64,000 nt of DNA from an uncultured Verrucomicrobiota bacterium (GTDB lineage: Bacteria > Verrucomicrobiota > Verrucomicrobiia > Palsa-1439 > CAZOTB01), in assembly GCA_964582645.1 (NCBI GenBank), contig CAZOTB010000007.1, positions 7,940 through 71,939 of the forward strand, given 5' to 3'. A program made the position numbers and the translations under genes. The notes beneath the pieces are model-generated. The model did no database searches. It was given only the letters and a program-made list of their open reading frames with translations, and was not told where the DNA came from. Shown here piece after piece: positions 58,701 to 64,000 of this stretch (position 1 is the first letter of the stretch; every line of letters begins with the position of its first letter).

Positions 58701-61700
58701 CGTGCTGGCGTGGGACGTGGATCCGAATGCCACCACCGCGACGATCATCACCACGTTGGGCGGTGTGCCGACCCCGCCGACTCCCGAACCGCCCCCGATC
58801 CCGACGGGCGACTGCGAGGGCCACGGTTCCGATCTGCCGATCGTCATCAGCGTCACGGGCGACATTCGGGATTCCCAGTTCCTCGCCGGCTACGATATCG
58901 GCGCCGACATGTCATTCGATGGCACGTCCAACGATGCCTCCGAGTTTGCCGCCCTCCAGCCCAGCGTGCTGGGCAGCATTCGGGTCACCGGGGACTGGAT
59001 CAACTCCTTCGCGGCGTCCGGTATTTCGAGCGCCGATGGTCAGCTCGGCAACGGCGACGACACGTTGAGCGCGCCCGGCAGCGCCATCGGAAACATTCTC
59101 CTCACCAGCAATATCGCCGGCGACGTCAACAATCCCGGCAGCCCGCCTCTCCGCAACTTCCAGAGCGACTCCATCGGCACGCTGGCTGCAAACGCGATCG
59201 GCATCGATCCCAATTCCGGCTCGGCGGCGGCCACCATCGGGGTGTTCACCAACTTCGCCAACGGCACCGTCGGCAGCATCGGCGACATCATTGCTGAAAC
59301 GCGGACGCAGGCCCAGGCGATTGGCGATGGGAGTGAGTTCCACGCCGGCACCTCGATCGCCTGCATCAGCGCCGTCAACACCAACACCAGCCTCAACCTC
59401 CTCAACGCCATCGGCAGCGCCACCTTCGAAGCCGGCACCTCGATTGGGAATATCACCGCCCAGGTGGACAACGGGCCTTTCGCTGCCGCCATTCAATTTG
59501 CGAGCTTCATCGCCCATGACAATGCGGCCGACACCGAGTTGGCCATCGGCAACATCGAAGCCTCGAACGATTTCTCGGATTTGGCGGCCATTGACGGCGT
59601 GCTGTTCGATGCCTCGAGCCCGACCGTCGTGGGCACTCCGCTGCACATCGGCACCATCCGAACAGACGGCGACATCTCGGACAGCTCCTTCTTGGCGACG
59701 GGCAACATTGCCAACGGCACCATTTTCGAAGGCGAGATTTGCGTCACCACCACCAGTCCGGGGCCGCTGCAGATCACGGAGACCACGGACGAAAATGCGC
59801 TCGTCAACCGGCTCTTTGGGGGCATGATCCCCGCGGGCATCACCATTGACGATATCACCCTGGTTGCGCCTGGCGACCCGGACATCGCCGGCAGTTCGTC
59901 TGTGGGGTTGTACGAGGGATTCCCGAGCCTGCCGCTCGGGTCCATCGCCCAGTTACCCGATGGCATCCTCCTGACAAGCGGCCTGGCGAGGAACGCACTG
60001 GGCCCAAACAATACCGGAAGCGAGACCACCGACCTGGACGCGGCAGGCGATTCGGATCTGGACGGTCTGGACCCCGGCGACGACACCACCGACGCCTCCT
60101 CGCTGTCGATCACCTTCACCACCGATGGATCGGTTGCGTCGTTCAGCGCGCTGTTCGTGTTTGCCTCGGAGGAGTTTGCCGAGTTCGTGAACTCGCCGTT
60201 CAACGACATCTTCGCCGTGTTCCTCGATGGCGTGAACATCTCGAACGATCCGAACGGCAACATCCTCAACGTCAACAACAACTTCTTCCTGCTCAACAAC
60301 ACCGACGAGAATCCGCCCACCGATTTCAACGGGGATGACATTACCGGCACGACGTTGGTGGACATCACAGACATCCAATACGACGGACTGACGCCCGTAT
60401 TGCGCGTGTCCACACCCGGCACCCTGACTCCCGGCCAGCACACGTTGAAGTTCGCCGTTGCGGACGTATCCGATCACCTGTGGGACAGCGGCGTGTTCAT
60501 CTCGGCGCTGTGTCCTTCGAGCGAGCCGGGGGGCGGCGGCACGAACCTGCCCATGCCGTCGCAAATCGGCATCGAGGTGGAAGGCGATATCGGCAACTCC
60601 CAATTCATTGCGGATTTCGACAACAACGGCACGGGTTCGATCGCCGCGATCGGCGGCATTCACGTGCTGGTGCGCGAGGGCATGGCCGGATCCATGACGG
60701 GCGGTGGGCATATGGGGATCTTGTTCAGGGACGGCGACGTGTTTTCCGCGGGCGGCAACGACCCCGTCAGCGGCCTCGCGATTGGAAACATCCAGGTGGA
60801 TGGGAGCGACATCTTTGACGCCGCAGGCAATCCAATCCTCTGGGCTGTGGACGGCGCCACCTTCGTGGCCGACACCATCCCGGATCTCAACATCGGCACC
60901 ATCACCACTACTGCCGGCAGCATCGGCACCACCAAGTCGTACATTTCCAGTTTCACTGCCACGGGCGACATTCGCGATCTGAACATTGCGTCCGGTATCA
61001 CCACGGGCAGCACGTTCCTCGCGGACAGCGATGCGGACAACGCGGGCGACATCTTCGACATCACTGCGGGCGGCATCGTGAACGCAACCGTCAGTGGCAA
61101 CAACGTGGCTGTTTCCGGCGGAATCACCGTGGTTTCCTCGATAGACATGTTCACCGTGACCGCCACCACCGGCGACATCGGCGACCTCAATGTCTCGCAG
61201 GACGAAGACAACAGCAGTGGTATTGGCGTTCATAATTCCACCTTCAGCGCCGCGGTGAACATCGGGAACATTGCAATCAAGTACACCAAGCCGCCCGCAC
61301 CGCAGGAGGATCCGGACTCGATGTTCACTCCCTTGGGAAGTACGCTGTCCGACACCCAGTTCCTCGCCGCACAAGTGGACCCCACCGGCAAGATCGGCAC
61401 TGTCACCGTTGAAAACATCATCGCGGAGAATGATTCCGAACAGATGAACGGGAACACCTTCTACGCGGGCACCGGCGGGATCGGAGACATCCTGATCCTG
61501 TCTGTGGGTCAGGGCGAGGGAATGATCGCCACCTCCTTCCGCACCACCGGCGCCAATGACGACGATCAGCACGGCGATATCGGCAACATTACCGTTGCCA
61601 CCGGCTCCGAGGATGCCGTTGTGGACAGCATCATCAGTTCGATTGGCAACATCGGAGACGGTGAAGGCAATGAGAACGGCTTCAACATTGAACTCAGCGG

Positions 61701-62139
61701 CGGCGTCTTGGGGAGCATCTTTGCCGCGGGGTACGACATCGGCGCAGACCTGATGATCGGCACCGCCGACGACTTGCTGGCGTCTGTGATTACTTCAATC
61801 AATAAGATCATGATCGAGGGACGTTTCATTCAGTCCAACCTGGTCGCGGGCGTCAACCCGGTGGATGGCATCTTCGGCAATTCCAATGATACACCCGCCG
61901 TGGTCGGCAGTTCGCTCGGTATCGTCAGCCTGGGAGGCGTGGTGGACCCCGAGGAAGAACCCGGCATGGGCGGCCTCATCGCGGAAAGCCCCCTCATGGA
62001 CCGCAACTACTTGATCGGGGCGGATCTGATTGGCGACTTCCTCGTCGGAGGCGAAACTCAGTTCAGCGCACTGCCAGGGTACCTCGACAACGAAGGCACG
62101 TTAAACACGGTTGACGACGTCAACGTCCGCGTGCTCTAG
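55726..62139 (+). CDS. Giant extracellular beta-strand-repeat protein with LEPR-XLL motif and an inserted choice-of-anchor-L-like domain
   Basis: GGAG RBS. WNIEALEERLLLS, FVEADGDKV, GILLTSG..FVFASEEFAEFVNSPFNDIF..YDGLTPVL..FAVADVSD..WDSGVFI (~59780-60510), and F.AGYDIG blocks. Confidence 0.88.
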   Translation: MKEAATIEPLRASAARQLHRLWNIEALEERLLLSGADVFGVRKVKFVEADGDKVKLSISGKDNMDVVFDRDLANHIVGIDTITLHGTDASSQLNFSLKPAKGGGSDLTTFVGSILSGNASQSLRGINATGAALSSVDLTGSLTGNLTTNRDLGDVTVAGTLNSVVIQNARDLTGDLTAANIGKVTATGGDLLGSITATNGITSVQARNMAGNLTAGTTLGRLTLSGDLSGDVAFGRDTLELLISGSVTSSASITGNAGSGVANINAGSFARLGVIGNFAGTIMTDGSVGLGVGGALLDTATVRAGTDNDVAGNLEVKALSIAADLAASGNVSFAMTNGGFSGTITAGQDVFGNGVNSGIVIRGGDFTGAIFAGLNPNNNMVQPGGDVAAMTFLPTAAGFNGTIVASGTANAITAGFFGSNTSISAATIGDLFANRSIAGDAIAAGALFTATTGSIGTVTAKAVSGVGIAGTFVAAQNIGNINATSTGIGSGHHAISEASFTATAGTIGTIVAGAKAGSGINDSSFTAETGIGNIAGSSQTGHGFRASMDGANIFAVLDGSLGDISGVSILGDGIHGSTFTASENIGNVNGSSASGSGIGDPTGAVGTFFNAGGSISSLKGTATGGGAGAGGDGMVHVTAAAGENEGGLGFGSIQGSSQFGSGIVGSRFSAQGSIALIVGTTNNTNPTVDEDGINTTVFRTASDIQEVTATTGVTGGAGVGSAIEESLFSAAGNIATPEEPVMAPTQVKAPGPLVDSIRIDNDIPLGTLGHWDVDVNTGGESNSAQLTASRLASGDIVTEDVLFDYYSYVDTGNNGGGFQLSSGADPTQVGSDPDKVQSTGSFTGANGNTINYTVTSSIANGDSVMYSTFTFTAQSGTLGVFRFMQYLDEDIEGVSDDVLYVTGSAANNDLQLFTFDNDEVYGVSHSGSLSTAQGLVNAAFAGWAADEYNDMKPQITGSGQSASLGGVIDLTDLPAFTHPTLGAVNGPADIVSVLAWDVDPNATTATIITTLGGVPTPPTPEPPPIPTGDCEGHGSDLPIVISVTGDIRDSQFLAGYDIGADMSFDGTSNDASEFAALQPSVLGSIRVTGDWINSFAASGISSADGQLGNGDDTLSAPGSAIGNILLTSNIAGDVNNPGSPPLRNFQSDSIGTLAANAIGIDPNSGSAAATIGVFTNFANGTVGSIGDIIAETRTQAQAIGDGSEFHAGTSIACISAVNTNTSLNLLNAIGSATFEAGTSIGNITAQVDNGPFAAAIQFASFIAHDNAADTELAIGNIEASNDFSDLAAIDGVLFDASSPTVVGTPLHIGTIRTDGDISDSSFLATGNIANGTIFEGEICVTTTSPGPLQITETTDENALVNRLFGGMIPAGITIDDITLVAPGDPDIAGSSSVGLYEGFPSLPLGSIAQLPDGILLTSGLARNALGPNNTGSETTDLDAAGDSDLDGLDPGDDTTDASSLSITFTTDGSVASFSALFVFASEEFAEFVNSPFNDIFAVFLDGVNISNDPNGNILNVNNNFFLLNNTDENPPTDFNGDDITGTTLVDITDIQYDGLTPVLRVSTPGTLTPGQHTLKFAVADVSDHLWDSGVFISALCPSSEPGGGGTNLPMPSQIGIEVEGDIGNSQFIADFDNNGTGSIAAIGGIHVLVREGMAGSMTGGGHMGILFRDGDVFSAGGNDPVSGLAIGNIQVDGSDIFDAAGNPILWAVDGATFVADTIPDLNIGTITTTAGSIGTTKSYISSFTATGDIRDLNIASGITTGSTFLADSDADNAGDIFDITAGGIVNATVSGNNVAVSGGITVVSSIDMFTVTATTGDIGDLNVSQDEDNSSGIGVHNSTFSAAVNIGNIAIKYTKPPAPQEDPDSMFTPLGSTLSDTQFLAAQVDPTGKIGTVTVENIIAENDSEQMNGNTFYAGTGGIGDILILSVGQGEGMIATSFRTTGANDDDQHGDIGNITVATGSEDAVVDSIISSIGNIGDGEGNENGFNIELSGGVLGSIFAAGYDIGADLMIGTADDLLASVITSINKIMIEGRFIQSNLVAGVNPVDGIFGNSNDTPAVVGSSLGIVSLGGVVDPEEEPGMGGLIAESPLMDRNYLIGADLIGDFLVGGETQFSALPGYLDNEGTLNTVDDVNVRVL

Positions 62140-62154
62140 CCGGTACCGACTTCC

Positions 62155-63510
62155 ATGGCTGGTTTGCTCAAGCCCGAAGTGTTTCGGGATTACTTCACTT
62201 TCCTGAAGTTCCCAAGCGTCTCCACCCAGCCGCAACGGAAACGCGACGTTGCCGCCTGCGCCATCTGGTTGCGGGATCATCTCCGCTCGATCGGGCTCAA
62301 GGCGACGCTGTACCCGACTCGCGGCCACCCCGTCCTCGTCGCCTCGACCAGCCAACGCCCACAACCCCGTCGGCCTGCGCTTCTGATTTACGGCCACTAT
62401 GACGTCCAGCCACCGGAGCCGCTTGAGCTGTGGAAGACACCACCGTTCGAGCCGACGATCCGCAAGGGGCAGGTGTACGCACGGGGCGCCATGGACAACA
62501 AGGGACAGATCTGGTGTCACATCAAGGGGGTTGAATCGCTGCTGCGCGAGCGACGCGAGTTGCCGGTGGATGTGGTGTTCCTCATCGAAGGAGAAGAGGA
62601 AATCGGAAGCCAGAATCTCGCGCCGTTCGTTCGGGCGCACCGCCGCGAACTGCGTGCCGATGGTTGCGTGATTTCCGACTCGAGCATGTTTGGCCCGAAC
62701 CAGCCCGCGATCAGTTACGGCCTGCGCGGGATTGTCTGTCTGGAGCTTCGCGTGTACGGGCCGTCCCACGATCTGCACTCGGGAATGTTTGGTGGCACCT
62801 TGACCAATCCTGCCGTCGCGCTTGCTCGTGTCCTCGGCGAGATGATTGACGCGAAGGGCCGCATTGCCATCCCCGGCTTCTACGACGATGTGCGCCCTCT
62901 CCCGGCATCGGAACGGCGTCAACTGGCACGTCTGCCGTTCCGCGAATCCGCCTATCGCAAGATGCTCGGAGTGCCCGCCCTCGCGGGAGAGTTCGGCTAC
63001 AGCCTCAACGAACGTCGCTGGGCGCGTCCCACGTTCGACATCAATGGCATTTTCGGCGGCTACCAGGGCGAGGGAAGCAAGACGGTCATTCCTTGTTGGG
63101 CGGGCGCGAAGTTCAGTTTGCGACTCGTGCCCGACCAGAAACCCGACCGGGTAATTCGACTGCTGCGTGCGCATCTGAAACGGGTGCTCCCCGGCTCCGT
63201 CCGCTGGAAGTTGATCGCCCACGAATTGGGCGCCGAACCGTATCTCGTCTCTCCGCGCGGTCGTTTCGTGCAGGCGGCCGCCCGCGCCATCGAGAAGGGG
63301 TTCGGTCGCAAACCGTTGTTCATCCGCGAAGGCGGTTCGATTCCCATCGTCACCACGATCAAGAAGGAACTCGGTCTCGACACAATTCTGATCGGCTTGG
63401 GACTGCCCGACGACGGCGCCCATTCCCCCAACGAACACTTCGGTCTGGATCGCCTGCGCAAAGGCATTTTGACCTCGCGTCATCTCCTGATAGAGTTGGC
63501 GAAGAAGTAG
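62155..63510 (+). CDS. M20/M25/M40 family dipeptidase
   Basis: LIYGHYDVQPP, YARGAMDNKGQ, EGEEEIGS, DLHSG, GGSIP, HSPNEHF. Confidence 0.93.
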   Translation: MAGLLKPEVFRDYFTFLKFPSVSTQPQRKRDVAACAIWLRDHLRSIGLKATLYPTRGHPVLVASTSQRPQPRRPALLIYGHYDVQPPEPLELWKTPPFEPTIRKGQVYARGAMDNKGQIWCHIKGVESLLRERRELPVDVVFLIEGEEEIGSQNLAPFVRAHRRELRADGCVISDSSMFGPNQPAISYGLRGIVCLELRVYGPSHDLHSGMFGGTLTNPAVALARVLGEMIDAKGRIAIPGFYDDVRPLPASERRQLARLPFRESAYRKMLGVPALAGEFGYSLNERRWARPTFDINGIFGGYQGEGSKTVIPCWAGAKFSLRLVPDQKPDRVIRLLRAHLKRVLPGSVRWKLIAHELGAEPYLVSPRGRFVQAAARAIEKGFGRKPLFIREGGSIPIVTTIKKELGLDTILIGLGLPDDGAHSPNEHFGLDRLRKGILTSRHLLIELAKK

Positions 63511-63511
63511 G

Positions 63512-63585
63512 GTTTGGTTATTGGTTCTTCGCGAGAGGCTGACGCTGGCTGTGCATCTGCCCCTTGACAACCAATAATCGAGAAC
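63512..63585. repeat. Heptamer palindromic repeat (TTTGGTTATTGGTTCTT / ACAACCAATAATCGAGAAC)
   Basis: Same style as 2606-2694 and 20391-20468; lies right after the dipeptidase stop. Confidence 0.55.
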
Positions 63586-63674
63586 GGGTGGCGCAACGGA
63601 CCTCGCCGCGTGAGCGCGCCGTCGCGTGCCTGCGAAGCAGGCGTCATGGCAGCCGGTTCAATCAACCCTCGGGC

Positions 63675-63820
63675 TCATGCAACCATCTCTGCCCTCGTGC
63701 AAACGTCTCTCCCCGTCGTGCAACCTTCGCTCGGCCTCATGCAAACGCGTCTCCGCGTCCAGCAATGAACGCTCGGTGTCGTGCGAAGGCGACTCCGGCT
63801 CGTGCGAACATCCTCCCATA
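63675..63820. repeat. About 7 degenerate 21-bp tandem repeats (TCRTGC-anchored)
   Basis: Unit starts at 63675, 63695, 63716, 63737, 63758, 63779 and 63800. The first unit is 20 bp. Confidence 0.8.
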
Positions 63821-64000
63821 CCGCACGGAAGATAGGGCGCGACCGGCGGGGACCGCCGTGGAGTCATGAATTACCGCGGCTCATAGTGCAAAGCCGTAGC
63901 CTTCGGTTTCCAGACAAACTTTAGCCTCGGCCTGCCAGAAGCCAGCCCCCAAGAATCAAGAACAATCTTGAATATTTAGACCTGACCCCAATTCCGTCCC

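Noticed and set aside
41369-62000. Very long minus-strand ORFs opposite the giant genes (e.g. 41369-44317, 45749-47821, 49586-52423, 55585-58500)
   Set aside because: Antisense shadows of GC-rich, Gly/Ala/Thr-biased genes; no recognisable motifs, RBS or domain structure.
63675-63820. CRISPR array
   Set aside because: Units are contiguous and degenerate with no unique spacers, and there are no cas genes in the window.

Overview
GC-rich bacterial chromosome segment, probably PVC superphylum and most likely Verrucomicrobiota. This is inferred from a TIGR02597-like protein, LEPR-XLL/Planc_extracel N-terminal motifs and a PVC-style ECF sigma/anti-sigma pair. From left to right it holds: the end of a type II secretion/type IV pilus cluster (prepilin, PilX-like, GspE/PilB, GspF/PilC); fadJ; a Cys-rich bacterial metallothionein; an AraC/PhyH divergon; two secreted proteins of unknown function; an ECF sigma/anti-sigma pair; DUF1989; an hpnO-like aminotransferase; fucI; a propeller-like protein plus PhyH; dnaE; a ferritin-like protein; a catabolic run (DAG-kinase-like, C45, GH95, Gfo/Idh/MocA, deacetylase); purA; a Zn-dependent dehydrogenase; two tail-anchored coiled-coil proteins; ogt; decayed two-component and redoxin-oxygenase genes; a glycosyltransferase; a ~21 kb operon of four giant extracellular proteins; and an M20 dipeptidase. 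No rRNA, tRNA, CRISPR array or intact transposase was seen. Three observations stand out. (1) Several REP/REPIN-like palindrome families and a heptamer-repeat family occur both between genes and in frame inside conserved proteins (FadJ, DnaE twice, a ferritin-like protein, Ogt, a prepilin leader), recalling Rickettsia palindromic elements. (2) The giant-protein operon has three members sharing an N-terminal LEPR-XLL motif, and its paralogous scaffolds carry cassette-like inserted domains. (3) An ECF module has an identical spaced motif upstream of both the sigma gene and a divergent secreted four-repeat protein. Family assignments come from motif recognition by eye, not database searches.
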